Source: the human T2T-CHM13v2.0 reference genome, Homo sapiens
Assembly (NCBI RefSeq): GCF_009914755.1
Contig: NC_060947.1
DNA length: 64,000 nt
Strand: one strand, 5' to 3'
The first letter of the stretch is position 1, and every line of letters starts with the position of its first letter. A model generated the notes under the pieces. That model was not told the DNA's origin and made no database searches. It saw only the letters and a program-made list of their open reading frames with translations. Both the position numbers and the translations under genes were made by a program. Shown piece after piece: positions 29,836-46,836 of this stretch.

Positions 29836-31689
29836 CCCTGGTCTTAACCACTTTCCTTCCACAATAAAAGAGTAAAAGGATTGATGTAATATATTAGATT
29901 TGTCATTATTCTTTAAAGAGTTAAAATTCAAATGAGGAGACTTCTCTCTCCTTTCCCTGTAGGACCAGAGCCATCATATTTAACTTTCTTCAGTTTAGAA
30001 TTGTTTGGATCTCCATGAGCTATATGGCTTAAAATACTATGAACAGGAACACTTTAAAGTTCTGTTTGGACTACTTGAAACAAACTTTCCATAAGAAAAT
30101 TGTAAGTAAATAAAGTGAAAAAAATGTGTCCTTCAGACATTCAGCAATGTCTTCCCTGGATTCATTAACGTTAATGAGAACTGCACATTTCACTGAAGGA
30201 AAATATATACCTCTTAGTTTATATTTCATCCATATAGGGATATTGCATGAACCACTTTACTTGGTTTATTTATTCTGTTACCTTCCTTGTATTTGAAGAA
30301 TTAGCACTGTGTTTTAATAGGAGAAAAAAATAACTTTGTCTTATTGAATCAAAATTACCTACTTGAAAGTAATCTATTTTCTTATGCAAGTTTTGTTGTA
30401 GCAAATTTACTTTGAAGTATGAGGAACATGTCTTTGTAGAACATAACGAGATACCTCCAGGCACCTACCAAGCAATAGAGAAGGAATTTTTCAGTCTCTT
30501 GTTAATTTCCATATGTACTAAATGCAACACAATAAAAACTAATGACAAAATGCAAGTAGCACAGCCTAAGCTACGTAAAATAAAGCATTTTTACATGTCT
30601 ATAACTTTGCTGATCTTTGACAAATTTATAGTCTCTAAGTACAGAGGTCTAAATCTTCAAAGCTTGAAAAGCAGAGGTGCAGCATGAACTAATCTTCATT
30701 TTTCCCCTATCTTCTTACAGCAGCATTAATGGAAATGTATTTTGTTTAATGACTCTGAAATCCTGTTTGTAATTAGATGTGGGAATTGGTCTTACTTTGT
30801 AACAGATGATACTGGAATAATAATATGAGAGATGCTACACTGAGACCACTATCCTCCTAAATCTATATCATTTTTCATTTTATTGACAAGAGATGTGTAC
30901 AAGAAACAAAGAAATTGATTTTAAAAGGGAAGAAAATAAGATCTAATAAAAACTTCCAATCCAAATATTTTAGTGTTATTTTCAATATGTTGCAGTGGGG
31001 AAAGGAAAGAGTATGCACCTTGTTTTTAATTTTAGGAAACAAGGGTTTTGGATTTGTTGCTTTATTCCTCATAATGATCTCTGAATATTATTGCAAAGAC
31101 TAGGTAGAGAAGTTTAATTAAGTGACAGATATCATATCATTGAAGCATGTATTATATGTTAATATGGTTATACAAAATAATATCTTTTAAATAAAAATTT
31201 TATATTCAAACAAAGAATTTAATGAGTTGACAGGCTAAATGTAACAGCTATTCCGTATGTTATGTACTTCATCGTCAGTAAAAGCTACAGTCACAAATCA
31301 TTCTGGTCACTGAAGACTTACTAATACCTGGAGGTCTTAGATTTTTTTCTTGTTTAATGTTAATGGGCTGCAGGGGCCAAAAAAGTAGCCTAAAAAGAAA
31401 TTATATGCATTAAGAATAGGTTTCATCTTCCCTTCAAAACACATGTATTATTGCCCATTGATAATAGTAAGAATGATTGGAAGTATTGACACATTCTTGG
31501 TGGTGTTTCCGATTATACCTATCTAATAGTATATGATTATCAACTTCAGTCATGTTGCATTCGTTTGCTTTCCAATTCTTGTTTTAGACCCTTCTTAGTA
31601 GATACAAGAATTGGCAAAAAAAGATATTATATATTGGTCATTTATTTGGAGGCTCACATTTGTTTAGCAATTTAGTTCACAAAGCAGTT

Positions 31690-31875
31690 TCACATCAACA
31701 TATTTCCTTTGATTATCATGAAAATTCTATAAGGCAAGTAGAGCGAGTAGTGTCATGATTTCTCTTCGGTATTAGAAGAAACTAAGGCCCAAAGAGGCTC
31801 AGTGATGTAGTAAAGTTCAAATAGACAGTATATGGTCAAATACATGAATTTTAACTCCAAAGCTTACATTATTTT
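31690..31875. mobile_element. MIR fragment
   Basis: 'agaagaaactaaggcccaaagaggctcagtga...aagttcaaatag'. Confidence 0.55.
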
Positions 31876-33574
31876 CATGGCAAAATAACTCATTGTAAAT
31901 AAATTAAATTGAGAACACATATGGTTCCATCAATGTACAGGTTAATAGATTTTGGTGACATCATAATGGGTAAGAACACAATGTAATTAGAATGGAAATT
32001 TTCCTAAACCCTGGGTTCATGACTCTGCTCACACTGCCAAGCAGTAGAGTAGATTTCAGTTTGATGATGGTGAACAGCATCTTTTATTTGCTATGATAAC
32101 TAGCATTAGGTTTTTTTTTTAAATGGTATGTAACACTGTCACAGGGGTCTCTATCTTTTTCTTTCTTTTGCAAAGGAAAAGACAGCTATTACAATCAATT
32201 TATTTGTTCTTTGTACATGCAATCTGTTAGTGATAAACGCTAATAAAAATAACCTGTTTGAGCTCAAATGTACAAATCAACTGTAAGGGAGTCTAGCTGC
32301 TTCATTATGAAAGCTCCTTATACTTATTCAACAGTGTAATACTTGTCTGTTTTTCATTTTTATGTTCATTAGTCTAGAATAGTGTCTTACATAAAGTTAG
32401 GATGATAAATATATCAAGAATAGATCAATTATTTCACCTTTCACACAAGTTTCCGGCCGAGACTAGGCACTCAATAATAAACATTTGATGAATGCTGATT
32501 GTGTAGTGTGCCATTGCATTCTATATGTTATGCTGAGAGTTATGTGGATTACTTTATTGTAGGACATACTGTTATTCTAGCTCTGTCTTCATTATAGACA
32601 AAGATTCTTTTGTCAATAAAAACAAAGAATTGCCTCTCTCTGCAATGTCCAAAACAAATAAATAAATAAATAGAAATTTTATAATAAACATTGATTTTTC
32701 TTCTAATCAGGCTACTGGCCAGAAAAGAGGTGCCTCCTTCAGTAGAACCCTGTGGATTCTAATGCTGTTCCCAACCTAAGCTTGATCCCTATAATGGCCC
32801 TACATCTTAGGGATGACTTATACGTCTCTGCCTATCTTTTTGGCTGATGAACAACAACAGCTTTTAACAGTAAACTAATGGTTCATCCACTAATTAGCAG
32901 TTGACCTTGGCCTTCATTTATGTTAATCTCAGGTTTCCCTATCAGTAAAATGATCGTTTTAAAGGTTCCTTTCTTCTGAAATATGCTCTGTTACCATAAG
33001 GACAAATTACAGTATGTTGACTCTTTTTAAAATCTATAGCATGAAGAAATAGTATATGGACATTGTTATAGTGACTAAATTGACCATCATATTTTAATTT
33101 ACCCCTTAGTGAGGCTCTATTGTCTTTTCTGAGGAGTCGGTGCTACATAGCCATTTGGTGCAGATAGAATCGCTAGTGACACATATAAACAGGACAGGAT
33201 GTTTTCAATAAGATATATTCACAATCCAAATTCATTGTGTGTATTTCCTTGCATTGAATTGTTTCTTTTGTTTTAGTAACATAACAATTGAATCACATTT
33301 GAGTGACAAAAAGTCTGTATGTCTTCTCTGCCATATGAGTATAAAATGGACTGGTAAAGCTAGAAATAAATACCATTATTTTTTAGCACTACAGTTCTCT
33401 GTGACCTTCATTGTGTATACATGATACCTTCTAATTCAATTAAGATCAGCCATATTCCACATTAGGTTGTATGATAAAATCCATAAAGGATATTGCAACG
33501 AAAGGTATTAATTTGGTAATACCAGATTAACTAGTTTTAGCTTGTGAACTTGATACCAAAAGTGTTATAGAGGC

Positions 33575-36279
<2,705 letters not shown>

Positions 36280-37615
36280 AGGCAGAACCTTTGGATAATT
36301 CTGTTCCCTACATAATTCCCCAGAATGCTAAAACTTCATTGTAACCCTCAGCTCTTCTCTTTGATTTTCTCTATTCTCTTTGGTTAGTGTCAAAATTTAT
36401 TATTGGTGCATTTTTGCATGTGTACTCAGAGGACATTGTTCATTACTCTTTTCTGAAATAAGCCTTTGATAGACTCTCAAAAGAGAAATAATTTGCCACC
36501 GTCTAGCCACAGTCTCTTAATTTGACAACTTTAGAAGTCACAATTCATTGGACTTTACTAGCCACTGGGCTCAAGAAATAAGCAGTGATTAGAACTTGAA
36601 CTACAAATATTCAAATGTTCTACCAGCAAAGAAGGCTGTAAAGCCTCCATTGTCAAGCTTGTTCTATCTCGAATTGATTCTTATGAGTGTGTACATACAG
36701 TTGGTTTTGATATTTTACAGCTGAATGGCCAAAAGAGCAGAATAGAATCATATTCAATGGAAATTTTAGCTCAGGATCCACTCATTAAGATGTTGAACTT
36801 ATTTCAGATAAGCAATGTCAGTGTGAATAGAAATATCTTGAGTATCTAGTGTTTATCTTTTCTGGCTCCAGAATTTCTTATTGCAAAAATGACAAGTCTG
36901 TTACCCTTCTGCATTTTTTCTTTGTCATATCCAAAAACTGATGAAAATACAGGATTTCTGCTTTGAAAGAAAATGAAAAGTATTTCAAGCTAGTTTTATA
37001 ATCTCTGAGCAATCTGGGCTCATCATCCACTCCTCTTCTACTTGTATTTGCTTTAAAGAAGTCTTGCCCCATGCTTTTATGTAGCACAGCCTAACATCAG
37101 ATACTTGATTCTTAGAACCAAATGGAGTAGCCATTCAGTAATTTCCTTATGCTATCTTTTAAAAATATTGGAATTGAAAAAAACAACATGTAATATGTAT
37201 AAATTATTAGTGAAGTCACTAGACAACTCAAGAACTAAAAGATTATCAAAAGCTTGCATTTGCATATATGCACATCCCTTTTCCCATCCCTCTGCCTCCC
37301 AACCAAAGATAAGCACTCTCCAGAATTTTGTGTTTAGAATTTCACCACTTTTTTATGCTGCTTATATTTAAATAAATATTTATTTATAGAAACAACTTAT
37401 AGAAGCATGGAATGCCAGATCTGGAAGGCAGCTTTGAGATCATCCAGCTCAACTTAATAATTGTACAAGAAAGGAAACTGAAACCTATAGGAGGCAAACT
37501 GAGGATGTCTAGCCTTTTAGTGGGAAGATAATCATCATTTGAGAGGTTGGAAAATTACTAGTATTCTATGATTCTATCCATTTATTTATAATTGCGACAT
37601 AAAATTTGATATTAA

Positions 37616-37905
37616 GGCTAGGTGCAGTGGCTCACACCTGTAATCCTAGCACTTTACGAAGTCGAGGCAGGTGGATCACTTGAGCCCAGGAGTTCAAGAC
37701 CAGCCTGGGCAACATGGCAAGAGATCGTCCCTAGAAAAACACCAAAGTTTGCTGGACATCGTGGCACACGCCTATAGTCTCAGCTTCTCGGGAGGCTGAC
37801 ATAGAAGGATCAGCTGAGCCCAGGGTGGTTGAGGCTGCAGTGAGTGGTGATTGTGCCACTGCACTCCAGCCTTGGTGACAGAGTGAAACACTGTCTCGAA
37901 AAAAA
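37616..37905 (+). mobile_element. AluJ
   Basis: 'ggatcacttgagcccaggagttcaagaccagcctgggcaac'; TSD tgatattaa. Confidence 0.92.
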
Positions 37906-38704
37906 GTGATATTAAAATGTTTAACATTAAAACTTGGTGCTATGAGTCTGAAATTAAGAGTTTTTTTTTTCTTTTTTTACTTAAAAGTATACAATTTGTA
38001 AGAGAACATATTTACAGATAAACTGCTTATCAAACTTGTTTGTATTGCATTTATCAGTCTCTAAATTATATTATAAACCAAGAGCCTCAGTCCTATTGAA
38101 AAGTAAAATTTAAAGATGCAATAAAGTCTTTTTGAAACAATTTCAGTGAAAAATAATTTCCGATAAAAATATTAATCTGCTCTGATTTTATTTAGAATTG
38201 TATTGCTGAACATGTGTGTGCACATACACATGTGCATGTAATATTTTCAGACTAGCTGAGCATAGTATTAATTTCCAAAGTATTCCCCAGAAATTGTAGC
38301 ATATTATTTCTTTGATTTTATGGTCATCACCTTAAATAAGTAATAACCTAAGACTTATATCTGATGACTTGCCATTGTCACACTACATACCTTGGCTATG
38401 TAAGGGAAATTGTGGGTAAAATAGCAGATATTTAGCTGAAGAATAACCTTTTCTAAAGTTCCTTAAAACCTTAAAAAGACATTGGTGCTTTGTAAACACA
38501 CCCATAATGTTTTTCTAATGTTTATCAACTAAGCCTATTGAAACTGAAGCTTCTAGCACTCCACCTGAGAAAATTGAAGGAATTCTGAATCCCTTTGTAA
38601 ACTAAAGGCTCTGTCTTTGATTTATCTGTTCTTACATCCCTAGTCTGCCTACAGTTCAACCTCACTAGTTTGTATGAATGGGGTGGCAGTAACTCTGAAA
38701 TACA

Positions 38705-38866
38705 GACCAGCACTGACCAATAGAACTTTCTGCGACGATGGAAATGTTCTTCCATGCTGTCCATCATAGTAGGGTTGGTGTGATTGAGGAACTGAATTTT
38801 TCATTTTATTTATTTATTTAAATTTAAATAGACATATGTGTCCAGCGGCTACTATATGACACAGCT
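38705..38866. mobile_element. MER3-like hAT MITE (internally deleted)
   Basis: 'cagcactgaccaatagaactttctgcgacgatggaaatgttct...ggctactatatgacacagc'. Confidence 0.75.
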
Positions 38867-41804
38867 CAGATAAAAAACAAACAATTTAATTTGTGTTTTC
38901 AAGAAATAAGAATGTAACCATAAAGAGTCCTCATACTGCATGTATATGCCTGAATTGATCAACATTTGTAATTAGCATACCGTTTGTTTTGAAATAAATA
39001 CTTTTAGGTTGTTGGTTTTGTGAGCGAAACAAATCACAGATTGAAAAAGCATTTATCTTGCCACATTCCTTTTCATAGAGTGGGCAAAGGCATCCATCAC
39101 CCCACACTAGATTAGTACAGTTACATATTCTAAATTTATTAGTTTAGTTTTACTGTTTTCTCACAAGAAGTAACAATTCAAAGGCACACAGAGATATTTA
39201 CAAATGAGATAATAAGAATAATTTTTACATGGCAAAATAGAGAAAAAATATCAACGGAGATACTGCACCTCAAAATATTTAATTTCTATGTTAGCATCCT
39301 CAACTAAATGCCCAACATAGCCATTTCTGTAGTTAGAAAAAGAGATTTCATATTTTAAGTTAGTCGCTGCCTAAACATATTTGTGCTTAACTTTTGACAG
39401 AGTTGCCATTTTCATTTAGGAAGCATAATAATGAAAATAACAAGCTTAATATAAATATGTAAATTTTACCTTAGAAAATACTGGTTTTGCCAATCTCTAA
39501 AGATGCCTTAAAGCATGTTTGTAAAGCTGGCCCTGCCTTTTCATCACAAACTATCAAAAAGAATGCAATTTGCACACTATTCTCCTAAAATTAAAAGATA
39601 AGCTGCTTTTCACTCACTCTGAAGAGTTCTCTTGGCTTCTAATCATGTAAAAATGAAAGAACTGCCAATTTGTCCTAAACACTGGACCACAATTACGGTA
39701 AAATGGGCTTCAGATTCTCACTGTATTCAGGTTGTAAACACTTGCCTGACAACAACTGAAAGCAAGGAATTTGGGTATTTGGAGGTGGATATTAGTCCTA
39801 AAGTATAACAGGTGTAGTAGCCCTCAGTAATTAGGACATTAAGAGACTGTGTGAGAAACAACTTTACCAAACAACTAACTGAGTTATCAGAAGTGAAAAG
39901 TGAATTCTCAAGTTTTATAAAGTATAAGAGCTTTGGGAAGTGTGTGTTTGTCATTATGGTTAATTTGCACATACCTCACTGAAGAAAAGGCCAGGGGAGC
40001 TAGGCCGAGAACACAGCTGTACAGGCAGCTCAACTAATTGCCTATCCATCCTCAACCTCATTTATCTTCATTTCTTCCCAATTATACCAAATTATCAATA
40101 GTCTCTGTTGCATCAGAGTCTTAATCCCCTTTATTCAGGCAGCATTAGATAGTGGCAGATGAATACTTGGAGGGAGTCAGGGTAAACAGCCATGAATGCC
40201 ACCTCTGGCAGATGGCATTGCTCAGAAGAAATGTGACAAAACATTTGGAATTTGTAACTGGGCATTGGTATGAGGATGCAAGCTGTTAATATTTTTTTAA
40301 AGGTAATCAAGGTGGTACATGGTAAAAATGCAACCCAGATTTTAAAGAAAAATACAAGGGTGCAGGTGTTCACACCAACTTAAAATAATACATTTTTAGA
40401 TAGTATATTCCCACTGAGCACTGTAACCATGAAATTTTTTCAGACCATGATATTTTATGATAATCAGTGGCCTATTTCCATTTGAAGCAAGGCATACATG
40501 TTCTGTATTCAAAGACAAAATATTATTTATTTTTCTTTCCAATCAAATAACAGACTGTGAAATATTTATTGTGTCCATTGCCAAATTGGAAATATGTTTC
40601 AAAATTGGATAACAAATTGAACAGCCAAAAGAAAACATGTTAGTGAGAAAAGAATGTTTGAAAACATTTACAATTACTACAGTTTTCACTTGGTAAAAAT
40701 AAGACAATAAGAATTAATGTTTTGTGTCATTTACAGAAATATCAATACTATAATAGAAATGTAAATAATTTATTTTCATTCAATAATAGATTTGGTACTT
40801 TGCAGAAATAATCACATAACTTATGTATGCTTTTATGAATTTGAGTTTCAGGAGCATATGAACTATAGATGTTATCACATAGATGGAATGAGTAAATAAA
40901 TAAATAAGAACAATCATTAAAATGAAACATAAAAAAAAATAGGCTGCTTTCAAGTATTTTATTATCAAGTCATAGATCTTTTTAAAAGAGCCAGCTGATT
41001 TATCTTTGATATTTTCTAGAATAGGTAGCATTGCTTTAAGTAGTGGTATCCCTTTCATCTTTGTCATTTACATATTGGTGCTGAATTCAATTGCATGAAC
41101 ACAAATTAGATTTCTTGGTCAGAAACAGAGAAGGTGAAAAGTAGACAAAACTATGGAGCTGCCTGTTCCCTTGGTATCTTAGGTTCCAGATCTCCATGTC
41201 CTTTTATCCTCTCCTTCTTTGGCTACACCTAGGCAACTGTATCTTCCACCATCCTCCCTGTCCTACACAGTCCTACCCAAGTTATATCCCACAAATGTTC
41301 TTTCCCACCTCCATTTCTACAATAATTTAAATTTTTTATACTTACTTTATAAAATATGTCTGAACTGTCTAGACTGCATGAGGTAAGACTGTATGAATTG
41401 AGTCATTAATCAACTTTGGAAGGTAATAATTGCTTGCTTTTAAGGCCTTTTGATTTGAAATCCAGTTTCTTAGGCTACTCTGTATATTGTGCATTGTTAG
41501 GACGGCAGAGCTTAGGAAGTTTGTGTGAATGCGTAGGTATGAATTACCCCCACACACATCTATGAAGAACTATTTCTTTTTACTTTGAGCTCGGATGTGT
41601 GCTGTTTTCTGTTCTACAAAGTTCTAAAACATACATATTGCTATTGTTGACAATGCACAAATATTTTCAACACATGAAAACTTTAAAATGCCAATAGTTT
41701 TGCAATGTTATTAACTTTGAAGTTACTATTATTTTATAAAACTCCAAAAAGTTAAACTGTAGCATACAGACTTCGCTTTCAGTGCCAGGCATAGGTTTTA
41801 TATG

Positions 41805-41829
41805 TCTCTCTCTCTCTCTCTCTCTGTCT

Positions 41830-41872
<43 letters not shown>
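41805..41872. repeat. (TC)n(TG)n compound microsatellite
   Basis: Direct reading; about 20 TG units. Confidence 0.95.
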
Positions 41873-41875
<3 letters not shown>

Positions 41876-42866
41876 TCCCAAATATATTTACCATGCCAGG
41901 TTGTCAGCCTTGGAAACAAGTCTGTAAATTGGCCAAAAGCATCACACATTATTTTGCTGTAAGTGTCTGCTACTTTTGCTGCATTGCCAACCCTAATAAG
42001 CCGAGCCTGTGTGGTGTGCTGGTGCATATTTAACCTTTCCTCCTTACAGGAATGGGTCTGAGCTTAACGGTCATTATGTATTAAAATTTGGTAGGCTGTA
42101 GCCAATAGAGAATCTCATACTAAATTATACTGTGCAACTGAATTCGGGCTTGTATGTGAAAGAATACCTAGGCTATTAGTGATTCACAAGATTTTTATAT
42201 TTAGGCAAAATAGACTCATTTGTTTATATTCTACTCCCTCTCTTGTTAGCATACTATACATAGTATGAAGAGACCAACTCAAATAATTTAATGATGGCAA
42301 AATATTCCGTTTTTTAAAAAGATCCAGACATCTCAAATTGTACTGTTGTTAAGATCAATCTTTCTCCTCTCTCTTCCAAATCTAATTGAATTTTGAAATT
42401 GAATATTGAAACATAACTGCATGCTTTAAAACTTTTCCAACTATTGTAACTGCTCTGGAGAAACTAAAAGTTCTTAAAGATATAATTATCATCCAGCCAT
42501 TAGCACAAAATATATAATCATATTTTGTAAACATCCGTCTATTGTGTGCAGGTAGTGAAAACTGCAGCTAAACTATTAATGTATTAAATTGCATAAGTTA
42601 ATCCAATGTTTGATACTTTTCTTTGAAAAATATGTCCAAAGGAACAATCTGGAATGAAAACAAATTACCAGACACTATTTTTTACTGCCCTGTTGCCTAA
42701 CGTGTGTTGAATGACCATTTGGAAAGCAAGTCAGTGCTTCTGCTTAATCACTTGAAAATTTTGTGCATATTTTAACTATACTCATCATTGTTTTATTTAA
42801 AAGAAACTAATGGCCTTTTCAAACAGGAAATGTATTTTAATTATTGAATTCATAATGACTCATTTC

Positions 42867-43161
42867 TTTTTTTTTTTTTTTTTTTGAGACAGGGTCTCAC
42901 TCTGTCATCCAGGCTGGAGTGCAGTGGTGAGATCATAGCTCACTGCAGCCTTGACCTCCTGGACTCAAGCTATCCTCCTGCCTCAGTACCTGAGACTACA
43001 GATGCATACCACATGGCTGGCTATTTTTTTAATTGATTTTTATTTTTTGTAAACATGGGGCCATGCTATGTTGCCCAGCCTGGTCTTGACCCCTTGGCCT
43101 TAAGCAATCCTCCTGCCTCAGCCTCCCACATTGCTACTGGTGTCAGTCCTTGCATCCAGCT
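42867..43161 (-). mobile_element. AluJ
   Basis: PolyT followed by 'gagacagggtctcactctgtcatccaggctggagtgcagtgg'. Confidence 0.92.
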
Positions 43162-43216
43162 GCCCTCGAACATTTCTAACATCAGTAGACAGGGATTGGA
43201 TACTATGCCTTCCATA

Positions 43217-43275
43217 TGCATCTATGTATCTATATATGTATCTATGTATCTATCTATCTGTGTGTCTGTCTATCT
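43217..43275. repeat. Degenerate (TCTA)n microsatellite
   Basis: Direct reading. Confidence 0.85.
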
Positions 43276-43534
43276 ATCTATCTATCTATATGTCTGACTC
43301 CTTTCTATCTTGCTTGATATAATTTTCTTGAATTTGTTTCTTTATGATATGGTAAGCATTTCATATTAACAAAACTGCAACTTGAAAAGGATGTGTTCTC
43401 TTGTTTTGGTCAAGAAAAGCAGACAATCTTATTCCTAATGCTTGTCTAGCACACTACTTGAAAAATAATTTTAGCTGCTCAAAGAGAAGTTCAGGAATTG
43501 AGTATAATAAAAACAGTGTTTAAAAAGTTTTCTC

Positions 43535-43790
43535 GGCCAGCTGCAGTGGCTCATGCCTGCACTTTATGAGGATCATTTGAGCCCAGGAGTTCAGGATCAG
43601 CCCGGGAAACAGTGAGACCCCATCTCTACAGAAAATAGAAAAAATTAGCTAGACATGGTGTTGCGCACCTGTATTGCTAGCTATTCGGGAGGCTGAGCTG
43701 AAAGGATCACTTGAGCCCAGGAGTTCAAAGCTCTAGTGAGCCATGATTGCACCACTGCACTCCAGCCTGGGTGACAGAGTGAGACCCTCT
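43535..43790 (+). mobile_element. AluJ with left-arm deletions; tail replaced by (CT)n and a TA-rich palindrome
   Basis: 'ggccagctgcagtggctcatgcctg...gagtgagaccct'. Confidence 0.88.
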
Positions 43791-44559
43791 CTCTCTCTCT
43801 CTTTCTCCCTCTCTCTCTCTCTCTCTATATATATATAATTATATATGATATACATGATATCATATATATATGTTATATATAATTATATATATATAGTCTA
43901 CTTGTGGCATTTTATTGTATTCTGAATTAGATATATTTTCATTACTTTAAGCCCATGGCTTTTAGTATTTTTTTCTGATCATTAAAGAAGTGTTATTAAT
44001 CACATTGGATGTAGTAATAATGCCTTTTCCACTTAAATCATTGTTTTCAATTGTGGAATTAAGCCTTGTATGTTCTATCCTTCTTTTAGTGATTGGCTTC
44101 CAAGAAATACCATTATTTTCCCACTCTTTTCTCTTCAGGCATCAACTTGGCCCTTTTCCTTCAGATGCTTTGCAGCCTTACCCTCATTTTCAAAAGACAG
44201 AGAAAACACTACCCATAATTGACTCATATCATTTATATTTTAAAAAGACTTCACTTTAAAGGAGGGACGTGAATAAGAAAGTAGCTTTCCTATGCCACTT
44301 GGAATTGAGGGATTTTCTCTGAAGGCCTTCAATACTTCATGATTCCCAGGTCTGCCCACTACAGATCTCAGCCTAGTCTAGTAAGCCTATCCTTGAAACT
44401 ACCGCTTTCTTAGCTCTCTTCACCAAAGTGCCTCATTTTGTTCCTCAGATTCTAAACTGTGCACATTCACAGTCAAAGCCTCAGTTAAAAGCACTTATAT
44501 GCCTCGTATCAGTAACAATTGAGGATAGTGATTTAGTGTGTGTGTTCTGGAGTCTTTCC

Positions 44560-44760
44560 TGGTTTGATTCTTTACTGGTGGTACAAGCGTGGGAAAATCA
44601 GTCTTTTGAGTTTCAGTTTTCTCTATAAAATGTGGCTGATTATAGCACCTATCACATGGTGTTCTGAGGATTAGGTGAATACTTTCTACCACACGTCAAG
44701 TGCCCAGTGTGCTTTCAGCGTTTTTCAGGCTCATAGTGTGTGTTCAGTGAATGTGATTTT
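44560..44760. mobile_element. MIR fragment
   Basis: 'gagtttcagttttctctataaaatg...atagcacctatcacatggtgttctgaggattaggtga'. Confidence 0.65.
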
Positions 44761-45944
44761 CACAGGTATTAGACATATATGTGGTAAGTGTTTTGTAAGC
44801 AGCAGCCGGTAACTGATAATTATAGTTTTAATTACTCAGTGTAGTGATAAAATCCATTTATGAATCTCTTTGATATCATCAGCAGTAATTCATAAGCCCC
44901 AGTGTAATACAAGTGAAAGATCCATTCCATACACTCATAGGCACTAAGATCCCAGAGCCAGTGAATGTTCCATGTCAAATCTATACTTGCTATATATTGA
45001 TTCTATCTATTGATTTATTTTACTTCTACTCCATTTTCTTCTACTTTTATTTTTCATTAAAAAACTGTATTTCCTTATCCTTTTTTTCCATATAGAATAA
45101 TTTTTGGTGATAAAATTAGAATTATTCAGTCTAATGTCTCAGCTTAACAAACATGTTTCTTTCTCTTTGTATTTTTATTTCAGGCTCTGCCATGTATTTC
45201 AATTTGTCATATTTTCCCCAGTTTTATAGATTTCTGTGAATTTGAGTCTGCGAGTTTTATCTTTATTTGGGTAAAATGATTATTTTTTTCTTGCCTAAAT
45301 TCTTTCTTTTTTGTGTCTTTCATGTTCGTGTTGTATGCTTGCCTCTTTCCTCTTATCTTTTGTTTTATCTTGTATTCAGTTTACAGCAATATGAAAATTA
45401 TTGGCAAAAGTTATTCTCCATTATTTCTACCAACTTTCTCCTCTTTCTTCATATTAAATATTTTGTTCTTTCTTATCATTCTTCTTTTAAGAAGTCCTAG
45501 GATTAATAATCAATGTTTACCAGCCAAACCCAGTCTTTTCTGTACAGAGAGAGAAAAAACAAAGAGCCATCTGCTTCTGCTTTCTCAAGAGGAGAACAGG
45601 CTATATATAGTTGTTTAGTCTCACTGCTGAACCACTTGATACATTATTAGAAGTAGCCTAGTAAAGCCATATCTGGAGTCCTCATTTTCAGTGTTTTACT
45701 GTATCCTATTATACAATCTGCTTTAAGAGCAACAAGTTTTTTGCACATGGCCATGAAAATTAATGTGGTTAACTGCAAAAATAATAGAGCTTTACCTTTG
45801 CAAATTATTCCTTTAATTCTTGGGGTCACTAGTGGTCTTCATCATCTTTTGTTAGTAGTATAGTTAAAAAGGTAGTCACCCTATAGACAAGTTAATAAAG
45901 TTAATACCCTATTTTGTCCTTTATATTCTAAAAAAACTTAAATG

Positions 45945-46175
45945 ATAACAGCTTACACTTATTTAGTGCTTGATATGTCTAGATATTGTATTGCTTTACA
46001 TATTCTGTCCCATTTAATCCTTAAAACAACCCTAGAGTAGGTAGATTATATTTCCATATCAGATATTAAGAAACTCAGACTCAAAGAACCCTAATGTCAT
46101 TTCCAAAGCCCATAGATATTAAATAGAGTGGCCAGAATTCAACATCAGGTCTGTCTGATGCTCCTTCCACTATGC
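45945..46175. mobile_element. MIR fragment
   Basis: 'cccatttaatccttaaaacaaccctagagtaggtag...ccagaattcaacatcaggtctgtctgatgc'. Confidence 0.7.
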
Positions 46176-46668
46176 TATTAGGATTTTTTGAAGGATACAA
46201 TTCTTCCCTCTCTATTTTGCGTCGGTCTCTATCTGCCACTTTCATAGAACTTTGCCAGTTGACCACTACCAGTCAAGTAAGATCACTTTAACCTCACCAC
46301 TCCAAAGCATACAGACAAGCTGAAATCTCAACAAGAAAACTTGCTGTGTGAGTAATAATTAACTCTCACCATTGGCCACAAAAGATCATAATGCTTTCAT
46401 ATCGATTTATTGGTCAAAATGAATTCTGTTGTCTAGAGACTGCATTATGGTTTCCCTAAATAATTTTTTGATAGCTGTAAGAATTGCACTGACAGGAAGA
46501 TATTTATACCTACAGAAATGATATTACTTTGTGTGCAGGGATAAAAAGAAGAGATGAATTATTCTGCCTCCTTCTATGTGGCCAGTCTTGCCCTCTGCTT
46601 TTTGGTTTAATTCATTAGCTTCTAAAGCATGGCGTATTTGGTTAAATTAACAGTGTAATAGAAAAAGT

Positions 46669-46836
46669 ACTTTAATTATGCTTTGGGTAAGTATATATAC
46701 TTAAATTATGTTATGGGTAGGAAAATAAATTATGTAGGTATATATACTTAAATTATGTTATGGGTAGGTATATATACTTAAATTATGTTACAAGTAGATA
46801 AATCTATTTAAATTATATTATGAGTAGGTAAATATA
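46669..46836. repeat. 30-bp minisatellite, about 6 imperfect copies
   Basis: Unit acttaaattatgttatgggtaggtatatat. Confidence 0.88.

Noticed and set aside
41360-41390. 10-nt microexon ag|actgcatgag|gtaaga
   Set aside because: Good donor but essentially no polypyrimidine tract
46669-46836. CRISPR-like array
   Set aside because: Head-to-tail degenerate units with no unique spacers, no cas genes, and a eukaryotic context
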